Source: an uncultured Eubacteriales bacterium (GTDB lineage Bacteria; Acidobacteriota; Aminicenantia; Aminicenantales; Aminicenantaceae). From it: a DNA stretch of 64,000 bases. Shown one piece after another: positions 28,151 through 37,244 of this stretch. Location: positions 8,062 through 72,061 of the forward strand of contig CAZWHQ010000012.1 of NCBI GenBank assembly GCA_964633715.1, read 5' to 3'. Made by a program: the position numbers and the translations under genes. Positions within the stretch are counted from its first letter, which is position 1. Every line of letters begins with the position of its first letter. The notes below the pieces were generated by a model, which was not told where the DNA came from, searched no databases, and saw only the letters and a program-made list of their open reading frames with translations.

Positions 28151-28689
28151 AGGGCTCCTGCTCTTTGGTCCAAACTCTCCGGATTATTTTGGTCTTCAAA
28201 GGAGATGTCCTTCTGTTTTTTCTGAATCTCAAATAGAAATAAAAGAGAGTAAAACATCAGGAGCAGTCCACTCAGCGGAAGCACAAGATAGACATATCCC
28301 AGTTTGATGCGTAAAACGGCCGATATCTGATTGAGGGTAAGCGTTATAATCACCAAGCGAACACCGCCAAAAACCATCACAAAAAGAGAAAAAACAAGAA
28401 TCGAAACTTCGATGAGACATTCGGCCAGGTGTTTGGTTCTTTTGGTGAATTGATTGACCAGAACATCGATGGCCAGATGTTTCTTTCGTCCCGCCACATA
28501 ACTGGCGCCCAATAATCCGATCCAAATGAGCAGATACCTGGCCAATTCTTCCGTAAAGGAACTTGGATTCTTCAATACAAAGCGTGTGAAGACCTGCCAC
28601 AAGACATTGACTACATTGGCTGCCATGAGAACAATAAGGATCCATTCCAAAACTTTATCGACGGCTTGTTTAATATTCTGGAGCCTCAT
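28147..28689 (-). CDS. dctQ: TRAP transporter small permease subunit
   Basis: 180 aa with 4 TM segments. ATGA overlaps on both sides. Confidence 0.75.
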   Translation of the reverse strand: MRLQNIKQAVDKVLEWILIVLMAANVVNVLWQVFTRFVLKNPSSFTEELARYLLIWIGLLGASYVAGRKKHLAIDVLVNQFTKRTKHLAECLIEVSILVFSLFVMVFGGVRLVIITLTLNQISAVLRIKLGYVYLVLPLSGLLLMFYSLLFLFEIQKKQKDISFEDQNNPESLDQRAGAL

Positions 28690-29687
28690 TTGACGTTTTT
28701 TATTTGCTGGATAAGGGTGTCGATCTCTGGGAAAGCCCTAAAATTATCATACATGGATTGAACTTTTTCTATAAATTCGCTTTTATCTGGATAGTGAATC
28801 TCCACTCCGGCTTCCTGGACACTTTTCAGTGCCAGCCGAGTGGCCTCTTTCCACAACTTTTTTTGTAGCTGGGCACATTCTTCGACCGCATCCTGTAGGA
28901 TCTGTTTTTCTTCCGTGGACAGATCTTTCCAGGATTGTGTGCTGATCAAGAGGACATCGGGCACTCCTGTGTGCTCATCGAGAGAATAAAACTTGCAGAC
29001 TTCATAATGCCGGGAGAGAAAAAAGCTTGGGGGATTGTTTTCTGCCCCATCCACAACTCCCTGTTGGAGAGCAGAATACAGTTCTCCCCAGGAAATAGGT
29101 GTTGGAGATCCCCCCATGGCTTGAACCATTTTGATGGACGTGGGACTCTCCTGGGTCCGAATTTTTAATCCCGCTAGATCACCAGGATTTAGGATGGGTT
29201 TTTCTTTGGAGTAAAAGCTGCGGGTGCCCGCATCAAAGTAGCACAACCCACGGAGCCAGAATTCTTCTCCCTCTAAAAGCAACTTCTTCCCAACCTCACC
29301 TTCCAGAACTTGAAAACGGTGTTCCTCATCCCTAAATATGTAGGGAAGGCTCAAAACACTCATGGCCGGTACAAATCCTTCCAACACACTGCAGGAAACT
29401 TTTGTCATATCGAGGCTGCCGATTTGAAGCAGTTCCAAACATTCCCGCTCGGAACCCAACTGCTCGGAGGGATAGATATCGATCCTCATTTGGCCTTCTG
29501 ATTTTTCTCCCACTTGTTTCGCCATAAACTCCATGGCTTTATGAACAGAATGAGAAGGATCCAGGCCGTGACCGAGTTTTAAAACTGTTATTCTCCGCTT
29601 TGGACTGCAGGAGAGAGAAAAAAGGAGAAGGAACAGAAACACTTTTAACTTCAACAAACTTATATATCTATTCACAATGGTATTCAC
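28686..29687 (-). CDS. dctP: TRAP transporter periplasmic solute-binding protein (DctP family), lipoprotein-type signal
   Basis: 333 aa. Signal peptide ends in LSCS. DctP-like fold length. It is in an operon with dctQM. Confidence 0.85.
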   Translation of the reverse strand: MNTIVNRYISLLKLKVFLFLLLFSLSCSPKRRITVLKLGHGLDPSHSVHKAMEFMAKQVGEKSEGQMRIDIYPSEQLGSERECLELLQIGSLDMTKVSCSVLEGFVPAMSVLSLPYIFRDEEHRFQVLEGEVGKKLLLEGEEFWLRGLCYFDAGTRSFYSKEKPILNPGDLAGLKIRTQESPTSIKMVQAMGGSPTPISWGELYSALQQGVVDGAENNPPSFFLSRHYEVCKFYSLDEHTGVPDVLLISTQSWKDLSTEEKQILQDAVEECAQLQKKLWKEATRLALKSVQEAGVEIHYPDKSEFIEKVQSMYDNFRAFPEIDTLIQQIKNVK

Positions 29688-30685
29688 TTTGAGAGAGGAT
29701 GGATCACCTCAGCGTGAATTTTCCCCATTTCGGAAACCAGCACATCGAACATGTCCTCTCCCTTGTACATGCCAATAATGGATCCACCTGATCCGGCAAA
29801 TTTTGCGGAGGCTCCACACCGTCGTGCAGTCTGGATGAGCTCCTTGTTGGCCTCGCTGATGAACATGATTTTTGATCTCAGATCGAAGTTCAGATTCATA
29901 AGATTAAAAAATTTGTTCCAATCTCCCTGTTTTAAGGCAGAAAATCCTGCTTCAGCCAGCTCAGCTAAAGACTTGAGGGTGGAAAGGATGTTTTTGTCTC
30001 CACTCTCATATCCTTTACGGATATCGTTTAAAACTTTCCCCGAAATCTTGCCCAGATCAGATTTATAGGCCAAGTAAAAATCTGGAAGAAGCGACAGGTC
30101 AAGATTTTTGTAAATGCCGTGGCCCGTCTTTTTAATGAGGCTCTTTTTCAAATCCATGTACACACATCCTTCATACACTTGAACAACACGGTCCATGTAT
30201 CCTGCATTGATCCCCAATTCCTTTAATTCGGCATCGAGGATAAGAGAGGGTTGGAAGTCCTTAGGAATATCCACATCATAGAATTCCATTAAGGCCCGCA
30301 GAGCGGCCGTAATGATCGCACTCGATCCGCCCAGGCCGATCTGACGGGGTATAGTGGTTTTATACTGAATGGAAAAATTTTTGTTTTCCAACTCAATATT
30401 ATGAAGCCGGCAGTAGTCACTGAATTTTTTAATCGTGGCTTTTATAAGGCGGGTTCCTCCGTAATATCCAAAAAGTTGGGTAGCCTCCACAAGGTTATCT
30501 ATATTTTTATATAAATTTTTTTCTGTATCAGAAGGCACTATTCTCAACTCGGATGATTCTTCTAGGAACACTTGGGCAGAAAAATTTTTTATGTTAAGGG
30601 CAATAATTTTACCGAAATAGCCATCCGAGGGATTGCCCAGAAGCCCGGCTCGGGCAAAAGCTCGCGTCTCAATAGCCATTATCAC
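29684..30685 (-). CDS. GHMP-family sugar kinase, glucuronokinase-like
   Basis: The N-terminus RAFARAGLLGNPSDGYFG resembles plant glucuronokinase. The GHMP ATP motif is PRQIGLGGSSA. The start is GTG 30685 or ATG 30679. Confidence 0.65.
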   Translation of the reverse strand: MIMAIETRAFARAGLLGNPSDGYFGKIIALNIKNFSAQVFLEESSELRIVPSDTEKNLYKNIDNLVEATQLFGYYGGTRLIKATIKKFSDYCRLHNIELENKNFSIQYKTTIPRQIGLGGSSAIITAALRALMEFYDVDIPKDFQPSLILDAELKELGINAGYMDRVVQVYEGCVYMDLKKSLIKKTGHGIYKNLDLSLLPDFYLAYKSDLGKISGKVLNDIRKGYESGDKNILSTLKSLAELAEAGFSALKQGDWNKFFNLMNLNFDLRSKIMFISEANKELIQTARRCGASAKFAGSGGSIIGMYKGEDMFDVLVSEMGKIHAEVIHPLSK

Positions 30686-31538
30686 TCTTCAGAACAGAAA
30701 GAACGCCTCTCACATAACCGACCGATTCCGCGGCTCCGGCTAAAGGATCTTTGCTATCTTTTTCATATTCGAGGGAAGCGATTCCCGCATATTTGATTTT
30801 GAGCAAAGTCCCAATGAATTGGGGAATGTTTATGACTCCCCGGCCGACTTCCACAGTGCTTCCTTCCTTGGTCGAAGCCGACACATCTTTAAAATGGACA
30901 TCGAGCAGGCGGTCGGCATACTTCAAGGCAGAATCAGACGGATTGACTCCCGAACGCTGAGTATGGCCAATATCAATGCAGAGTCCCATCCGCAAATCCA
31001 GGCTTTTTATTTTTTCATAAACACTCTCCGGAGTCGGATAGAGCTCGTCTCCGGGACCATGGTTATGGATGGCCACCCGGATATTGTATTCTTTCACTTT
31101 ATTTTCGACCAGTTCCAAGAGCTCGTGATTGGGAACACCTATGATCACTCGCATGCCGGCAGCCTTGGCATAGTCAAAAGCCCTCTTGACCTCCTCTTCA
31201 TTCTTCATATAAACCACACCACAGCCGTAGAGATCGAGACCGGCATCCTCAACTTTTTGGGCAACAGTCCTAATTTCTGATTCCGTGCTTTCCATAGGCA
31301 GATGAAAGTCTTTCAAACAAATACGGGTCAATCCCAATCTCTTCGTCATTGCCAGGGTTTTTTCCAGATCAAACTCCCTGAACGTATAGGAGGCCATCCC
31401 CAATTTTAATGCTGTCCCGCCGGATTCAGCCCGCTGCCCCTTGTGCTTCGAAAAGGACTCAAGTTGTGATGAAAATGATGCCGCCATCACCCCCGTTCCG
31501 GTCAGTTTAAAAAATTCCCGTCTTGTGGTTTTAGTCAT
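30669..31538 (-). CDS. Xylose-isomerase-like TIM-barrel sugar (phosphate) isomerase/epimerase with Tat signal
   Basis: Start ATG 31538 with an AAGGAGAG RBS. MTKTTRREFFKLTGTGVMAASFSS is a Tat motif. The TIM-barrel AP-endonuclease/xylose isomerase fold signature includes HNHGP. Confidence 0.75.
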   Translation of the reverse strand: MTKTTRREFFKLTGTGVMAASFSSQLESFSKHKGQRAESGGTALKLGMASYTFREFDLEKTLAMTKRLGLTRICLKDFHLPMESTESEIRTVAQKVEDAGLDLYGCGVVYMKNEEEVKRAFDYAKAAGMRVIIGVPNHELLELVENKVKEYNIRVAIHNHGPGDELYPTPESVYEKIKSLDLRMGLCIDIGHTQRSGVNPSDSALKYADRLLDVHFKDVSASTKEGSTVEVGRGVINIPQFIGTLLKIKYAGIASLEYEKDSKDPLAGAAESVGYVRGVLSVLKSDNGY

Positions 31539-31651
31539 GGATCCACTCTCCTTGAACCGATTCCCCATTGAAATCAAATTTTAGTCTTCCTGTCAACCTT
31601 AATATTGACCCAAAGGAGATTTTTAATATACTAAGAAAGGAGAAATGAAGT

Positions 31652-32470
31652 ATGCAAATTAAAAGAGTACTTTATAATCTGTGCAGAAATAGAAATTTAG
31701 TCCTTTTAATTTCTATATTCCTCCTATTGGCGGTATGTGGAAAAGAAAAACCAGTCAACCCTGAATCCTTTTCGGCCCAAGAACTCAACACTCTGACAGC
31801 AGAGGAAAAAGCGGAAGAGTGGACACTTCTCTTTGACGGCAAAACATTCAACGGCTGGCGTGGAATAGGTTTGGAAAACATCCCGGAGGGACACTGGACC
31901 ATAGAAGACGGCGCCATCAAAAAGATCCCCTCCGGCAAAGTTTCCCTCCAGGAAGACGGGCAGCCTCTCGTAGGCGGAGATATAATGACAACCGAGACAT
32001 TCGAGGACTTCGAGCTCTATTGGGAATGGAAGATTGTCCCAGCTGGAAACAGCGGAATCAAATACAATGTCTCCGAAAACATGTCGGCTTCGAATCCTCC
32101 GCCTCATGGGGCACTCGGATTTGAATACCAGATTCTCGATGACGATCTCCACAGCGACGGACAAAGAGGGGGACGGTATACGGCGTCCGCCCTCTATGAT
32201 CTTGTGGAACCTATAGGAAAAGAGCTGAAACCTGTTGGAGAATTTAATACGTCCCAGATTATTATGAAGGGGCAGCACGGTGAACACTGGCTCAACGGCA
32301 CCAAGGTTTTAGAATATGACATGGACACAGATGAATTTAAAGCTCTGGTCGCCAAAAGCAAATATAAAGACTATGAGGGATTTGCGGACAAACGCAGCGG
32401 TCACATCGTTATTCAAGACCACACTTCAGCAGCCTGGTTCCGCAACATCAAAATCCGAATATTCAAATAA
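31652..32470 (+). CDS. DUF1080 (3-keto-disaccharide hydrolase-like, LamG/concanavalin fold) lipoprotein
   Basis: WTLLFDGKTFNGWRGIG…WTIEDGAIK…IQDHTSAAWFRNIKI is the characteristic DUF1080 start and end. A lipobox cysteine is present. Confidence 0.7.
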   Translation: MQIKRVLYNLCRNRNLVLLISIFLLLAVCGKEKPVNPESFSAQELNTLTAEEKAEEWTLLFDGKTFNGWRGIGLENIPEGHWTIEDGAIKKIPSGKVSLQEDGQPLVGGDIMTTETFEDFELYWEWKIVPAGNSGIKYNVSENMSASNPPPHGALGFEYQILDDDLHSDGQRGGRYTASALYDLVEPIGKELKPVGEFNTSQIIMKGQHGEHWLNGTKVLEYDMDTDEFKALVAKSKYKDYEGFADKRSGHIVIQDHTSAAWFRNIKIRIFK

Positions 32471-32480
32471 GGGGGAAAAT

Positions 32481-33821
32481 ATGAGTCAAAAAACAATCAC
32501 ACGAAGAAATTTTTTAAAAACGGTTTCAACAGGAGCAGTGGCGGCATCTGTTGTTCGACTGCCGACCTCAAGCTACGGAAAAATCCTTGGAGCCAACGAC
32601 CGCATTCGCGTTGGAATTGTCGGTTTTTCGGACAGGGCCCGGAATTCACTCATCCCCGCTTTTCTGGGAAGTGCAGAAGAACTCAATTTTGAAATTACTG
32701 CTGTCTCAGATATCTGGAACCGGAGGCGGGAAGAAGGAAAGGCTTTCCTGGAAGAAAAAACAGGCAATCCTGTGGCTGTTTTGCGCAACAACGAGGAGCT
32801 CTATGACTCAAATACAGTCGATGCTGTCATCATCAGCACCGCTGATTTTCAGCATGCCCTTCACTGCATACAAGGAGTCGAAGCAGGAAAAGATGTCTAT
32901 GTAGAAAAACCTTTCGCTAACAGCATGGCCGATGCTCGGGATGCCCTGAAAACCGTGTCAAAATCAGATAAAATCGTACAGATCGGAACCCAGCGGAGAA
33001 GCGCGGCCAACTACATCCAGGCCGACAGATTTATCCGGTCCGGCCGCTTTGGGGATATTGTGGCTGTGGAGATGACCTGGAATGTCAATCAACCCGGACG
33101 CTGGCGCAGACCTAAATTGGTCGAGGACCTCCGAGAAGACGATGTGGATTGGAAACGCTATCTTATGAACCGTCCATTCGAAGCATGGGATCCCAGAAAA
33201 TACATCGAATACCGCCTTTTCTGGCCTTACTCTTCTGGTATACCAGGTCAGTGGATGGTTCACCAGATCGACACGGTCCATTGGTTCACAGACCTTCCCC
33301 ATCCACGCAGTGTGGTGGTCAACGGCGGAATTTATCTCTGGAAAGACGGCCGCAAAAATTTTGACACCCTGACGGCCGTATTTGATTACGGTCCTCTTAA
33401 AGACACAACAAAAGGTTTCCAAGTTATTTATGTCTCACGGCAAACGAATTCAGCCGGCGGCGTTAAAGAGCTCTATTTTTCTAACGGAGGAACCCTCAAT
33501 CTGCTGAACAATACCATCACGCCCGAGGGTGGTTTAACCCAGGGAATGGCTGCAGCCATGGGGATGGAAGAAAACAGACTTCCCGAGATGTCCATCGCCG
33601 AAGCAGTAGGTGTCGAAACAGCAGCCGATACAGGAACGGACGACGCCACATCCGCCCACATGCGGAATTGGATGGAGTGTGTACGGAGCCGGAAAACACC
33701 AAATGCCGATATCCATGCCGCCTACAATCATTCCGTTGCGCTTAACATGACCATAGCAGCCATGCACTCAGGGAAACGCGTCACATTCAACGAGTCCAAA
33801 CAAGAGGTCATTATCAGCTAA
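32481..33821 (+). CDS. Gfo/Idh/MocA-family NAD(P)-dependent oxidoreductase with Tat signal
   Basis: Start ATG 32481 (MSQKTITRRNFLKTVSTGAVAAS). The Rossmann motif is VGIVGFSDRARN. The listed 32316 start would overlap the upstream gene. Confidence 0.85.
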   Translation: MSQKTITRRNFLKTVSTGAVAASVVRLPTSSYGKILGANDRIRVGIVGFSDRARNSLIPAFLGSAEELNFEITAVSDIWNRRREEGKAFLEEKTGNPVAVLRNNEELYDSNTVDAVIISTADFQHALHCIQGVEAGKDVYVEKPFANSMADARDALKTVSKSDKIVQIGTQRRSAANYIQADRFIRSGRFGDIVAVEMTWNVNQPGRWRRPKLVEDLREDDVDWKRYLMNRPFEAWDPRKYIEYRLFWPYSSGIPGQWMVHQIDTVHWFTDLPHPRSVVVNGGIYLWKDGRKNFDTLTAVFDYGPLKDTTKGFQVIYVSRQTNSAGGVKELYFSNGGTLNLLNNTITPEGGLTQGMAAAMGMEENRLPEMSIAEAVGVETAADTGTDDATSAHMRNWMECVRSRKTPNADIHAAYNHSVALNMTIAAMHSGKRVTFNESKQEVIIS

Positions 33822-33921
33822 AATCTTTAATTTTGCCTATCCTCATATAGAATTAGACCTTTCTATTTTTTTTTAAAAAGACTTGACAAAAACCTAGTTT
33901 GGCTTATCTTATAAATATGTG

Positions 33922-33947
33922 TTTATATAAATAGGTTTTTATATAAA
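33922..33947 (+). promoter_or_regulatory. Candidate ArsR operator: two copies of the 10-bp palindrome TTTATATAAA separated by 6 bp, just upstream of the arsR start
   Basis: gTTTATATAAAtaggttTTTATATAAAagg lies 10 nt before the ATG at 33959. A TTGACA -35-like hexamer is at 33883. Confidence 0.45.
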
Positions 33948-33958
33948 AGGTTATTGAT

Positions 33959-34303
33959 ATGGATGACGCACAGCAACTGCAGCTTCTCTTCCATACTCTG
34001 GGAGATGCCAACAGGCTTAAAATTATCAAGTTCATCGGAAAGGAAGAAAGATCCGTTTCCGAGATTGTAGAATCTATAGGACTATCTCAGCCCCTGGTTT
34101 CACACCATCTGAGAATTCTCCGGGAAAGAGAAATCTTGGAGACAAAACGAAACGGGCCCTTCATTTACTACAAATTGAAAAACGAGAAATTACTCGGTGC
34201 TCTGGGATTATTCTTAGAGATAGCCAGTACGGTAAAAAGCAGGACACCGTTTGAACCAATGTTTTGCTGTCCTCCCAAGTGGAGTACAAAAATAAAAAAA
34301 TGA
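33959..34303 (+). CDS. ArsR/SmtB-family metal-responsive transcriptional repressor
   Basis: The HTH is LGDANRLKIIKFIGKEERSVSEIVESIGLSQPLVSHHLRILRE. A C-terminal Cys pair (MFCCPP) is a possible metal site. Confidence 0.85.
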   Translation: MDDAQQLQLLFHTLGDANRLKIIKFIGKEERSVSEIVESIGLSQPLVSHHLRILREREILETKRNGPFIYYKLKNEKLLGALGLFLEIASTVKSRTPFEPMFCCPPKWSTKIKK

Positions 34304-34319
34304 TGAGGAGGTTAAGGAT

Positions 34320-34793
34320 ATGAATTATAACGGAAAGACAACAGGACCAAAGGAAAAGCAAATGTGGGAACACATGATGGAATGCTGCTGTTCGGAAATG
34401 TCGGACGAAGAGAAGAAAAAATGGAAGGCAGAAATTCCTAATATGAAGCAGCATATGATGGAATACGGCTGGGGCCATAAAATGGGCATGATGATAGGTC
34501 ACAAACATGGGAAGATGGGAAGCTTCATGCCTATGGAAATGTGCAAGGATATGATGTCCTCTCTACATCAAAGCCATAGGGTTGCGAATCTGGCTACTCC
34601 TGAGGTTCAGGGCTTATTCGAAGACTGGGTGGAACAAATCGAGCAGGAGATGGTGGATTATCTAAAGAACAAAGATTCTGTTGAAGTCCACGAGGTGGCA
34701 AATCATTTCAAAATATCTAAAGAGAGCACATATTACTTCCTGACCAGACTGGCTCAGAAAGAAAAGATAAAGCTGAAAGTCAATAAAGAGTAA
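34320..34793 (+). CDS. Met/His/Cys-rich putative metal-binding protein with C-terminal winged-helix-like domain
   Basis: Metal-binding-like motifs are ECCCSEM, HMMEYGWGHKMGMMIGHKHGKMGSFMPMEMCKDMM and repeated MxxM/HxxM. The last ~45 aa (VEVHEVANHFKISKESTYYFLTRLAQKEKIKL) are FeoC/wHTH-like. It lies 16 nt downstream of arsR. Confidence 0.5.
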   Translation: MNYNGKTTGPKEKQMWEHMMECCCSEMSDEEKKKWKAEIPNMKQHMMEYGWGHKMGMMIGHKHGKMGSFMPMEMCKDMMSSLHQSHRVANLATPEVQGLFEDWVEQIEQEMVDYLKNKDSVEVHEVANHFKISKESTYYFLTRLAQKEKIKLKVNKE

Positions 34794-34811
34794 GACTAAT
34801 TCAGTACTTTC

Positions 34812-35891
34812 TCAAGCTGAGTGAATAGAACGGATCGGCTGTGTAAAACACTCGGGAAAACTTGGTACATTCAACAGGGTTGAACAAGAGAGCATCATTA
34901 ACTGAATGGATAAAATAGACATTCTTTCTATTTTTTTTTGAGCCAGCTCGCGCTGGATGATGTGATATTGAACGGCCATCGAGTGCCCCACTTCCCTCGA
35001 CCAATAGGCCGCACTGTGTCCTCCTTTAGACTGGCCATAGGTAAAGGGGATATTGTTGTCCTCCAAAATCCGAATAAAATTTCGTGCGCCTCTGATCAAA
35101 CCGTCTTCTGTCCCACAGTCGATATAGATATGAGGCAGTTTCTCTTTAGGAATCTGAAGGACCAACTTGTAAGAATCATAGATATCACAATCTGCTTCAG
35201 TTAGAAAGATCTGCCCTTTCGGGGAGCGGTCCACCTGGCTGGAGAAACCTTCGATGGCTATGTTCGGATCCGGTTTATCGGACATCCGTTCCTCCCACAT
35301 CACCCAGGGTTTCTCCCCTTTTTTCAGCCGTTCTTTTTGGCTCTGGGCATATCCGATAACACCGCTGTGGCTCCCGATTGAACAGAACAATTCCGGATGC
35401 CTTAGCCCGAGCACAATCGCCCCATATCCGCCCATCGAAAGCCCATTTATGGCCCGGCCTTCTCTAGCATTGATTGTCCTGTATGAGTCATCCACGTGAG
35501 GTATTAAATCTTTGATAATATAGTCTTCCCAGTTATTTTTTTGGCCCTCTTCATTTTTGGCCCAGTTGACATACCAGGAGTTTCCCACGTCCGGCATAAC
35601 CACGATGAGATCATAATTAGATGCATATCTGGGAGCCCCAAGAGCTGCCCACGCCCTGTAATTGCTGGTCAGTCCATGAAGAAGGTAAAGAACAGGATAG
35701 CTTGTTTTTGTGGTTTCATAATCTTCCGGCAGATAGATGTTGTATTTCATCGTTCTGTTCACTGATTCAGAATAAAAATCGACAGTTTTAACCTCTCCGG
35801 TAGCAGGCAGCACACAAACAAAAACAAAACCCAATATTAAAGCAAACGTCCATATTGACTGTGGATAAACACGTGTTTGGCTGTTCCTCAT
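34812..35891 (-). CDS. Secreted esterase (esterase D / enterochelin-esterase-like alpha/beta hydrolase)
   Basis: Start ATG 35891 with an AGGAGGG RBS and a signal peptide. Motifs PVLYLLHGL and GLSMGGYGA (nucleophile elbow GxSxG). Confidence 0.7.
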   Translation of the reverse strand: MRNSQTRVYPQSIWTFALILGFVFVCVLPATGEVKTVDFYSESVNRTMKYNIYLPEDYETTKTSYPVLYLLHGLTSNYRAWAALGAPRYASNYDLIVVMPDVGNSWYVNWAKNEEGQKNNWEDYIIKDLIPHVDDSYRTINAREGRAINGLSMGGYGAIVLGLRHPELFCSIGSHSGVIGYAQSQKERLKKGEKPWVMWEERMSDKPDPNIAIEGFSSQVDRSPKGQIFLTEADCDIYDSYKLVLQIPKEKLPHIYIDCGTEDGLIRGARNFIRILEDNNIPFTYGQSKGGHSAAYWSREVGHSMAVQYHIIQRELAQKKIERMSILSIQLMMLSCSTLLNVPSFPECFTQPIRSIHSA

Positions 35892-35913
35892 TTTCCCTCC
35901 TAACAAAATAAAC

Positions 35914-37233
35914 CTATTCTTTATCTATTTTCAGGATTGTTTTCAACAACACATTAGCCCCGTTGACAACATCCGACATGTGCGAGAATTCTTTTGGAGA
36001 ATGGCTGACTCCTCCGACACTTGGGATAAAGATCATCCCCGTAGGAGCAATCTTAGCCATATCCTGCGCATCATGGCCGGCACCGGAGGGCATAAATTGT
36101 GATGTCAATCCCAGTTCTTCAGCCGATTCTGCAATTTTTTTTCTTATAGCCGGGTCGGTAGGAGCCGGAACAGCCATGGCATCGATGGGGTCAAAAAAGA
36201 TTTTTGTGCCTGTTTTTTTCGATAAAAGGGCTGCTTCTTCTTCAATTTTCCTGTAGAGAGTTTGGATTTTATCAGCAGACAGGTCCCGGAGTTCCAGACT
36301 CATGACCACTTTTCCAGGTATGACGTTGGGCGCCCCCGGTTCAGCATGGATTCGTCCGACTGTTCCAACTTGACTGCCCTCGACACCGGTGACAACCCTG
36401 TTTACGGCTAGGATCAAGTGCGCCGCTGTCAATAAAGCATCCTGTCTCACATTCATAGGCGTCGTTCCAGCATGATTCGCATATCCCTCGATGCTCACAT
36501 CCCACCATGCAATCCCCACGATCCCCTCGACAACACCTATATCGATGTTTTTCGTCTCCAGAATGCGTCCCTGTTCGATATGGATTTCTAGGAAAGCCAA
36601 GATATCTCCTTTTTTACGTTTAACACTGTCCAGACTGTCCGGATCCCCTCCCAGAGCCTGAATCCCCTCCAGGACGGTTTTGCCGCTGTGGCTTTTTTCC
36701 GTGAGAGCTTCAGAAGTCAAGGTTCCATTCATCGCTCGGCTTCCAACAAGCCCCCCCTCTTCATCCGTAAACACAATCACCTCTAGAGGATGCCGGGTTT
36801 GGAGATTGTTCTCAACAAGCACTTGGACACACTCGATAGCACTCAGGACACCAACAGTCCCATCATATTTTCCACCGTTCGGGACGGTATCGATATGTGA
36901 TCCGGACAGGATCACGGGCAGAGATTTTTCTCTCCCCTCCCGTCTCCCCACCATGTTTCCCGCTGCATCAATCCTCACATCCAAACCTGCGGCCTCCATG
37001 AGGACTAAAATATATTTTCTTGCGGCAATGTCTTCGTCGCTATAGGCCACACGGTGGACACCGCCTTCAGAGGTTTTTCCAAATTCCGCCAGTTCAAAAA
37101 TGTGTTTCTCTATTCTTTTTGCATTAACCCTTAATTCTTTCATTGGTTGTCCTTTCTCACACAAGTATAAAACCGGACTGGCCATCAGAAGTAAAAATAG
37201 CCCAAGGAAAAGTCGTCGACAAAAATTGTACAT
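35914..37233 (-). CDS. M20-family amidohydrolase (allantoate amidohydrolase / N-carbamoyl-amino-acid hydrolase type) with signal peptide
   Basis: SGSHIDTVPNGGKYDGTVGVLSAIE and a C-terminal dimerization domain. RBS GGGGAGG. Confidence 0.75.
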   Translation of the reverse strand: MYNFCRRLFLGLFLLLMASPVLYLCEKGQPMKELRVNAKRIEKHIFELAEFGKTSEGGVHRVAYSDEDIAARKYILVLMEAAGLDVRIDAAGNMVGRREGREKSLPVILSGSHIDTVPNGGKYDGTVGVLSAIECVQVLVENNLQTRHPLEVIVFTDEEGGLVGSRAMNGTLTSEALTEKSHSGKTVLEGIQALGGDPDSLDSVKRKKGDILAFLEIHIEQGRILETKNIDIGVVEGIVGIAWWDVSIEGYANHAGTTPMNVRQDALLTAAHLILAVNRVVTGVEGSQVGTVGRIHAEPGAPNVIPGKVVMSLELRDLSADKIQTLYRKIEEEAALLSKKTGTKIFFDPIDAMAVPAPTDPAIRKKIAESAEELGLTSQFMPSGAGHDAQDMAKIAPTGMIFIPSVGGVSHSPKEFSHMSDVVNGANVLLKTILKIDKE

Positions 37234-37244
37234 CCCTGCCTCCC

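Noticed and set aside
32316-32480. 5' extension of the Gfo/Idh/MocA ORF
   Set aside because: It overlaps the end of the DUF1080 gene. The Tat-motif Met at 32481 is the natural start.
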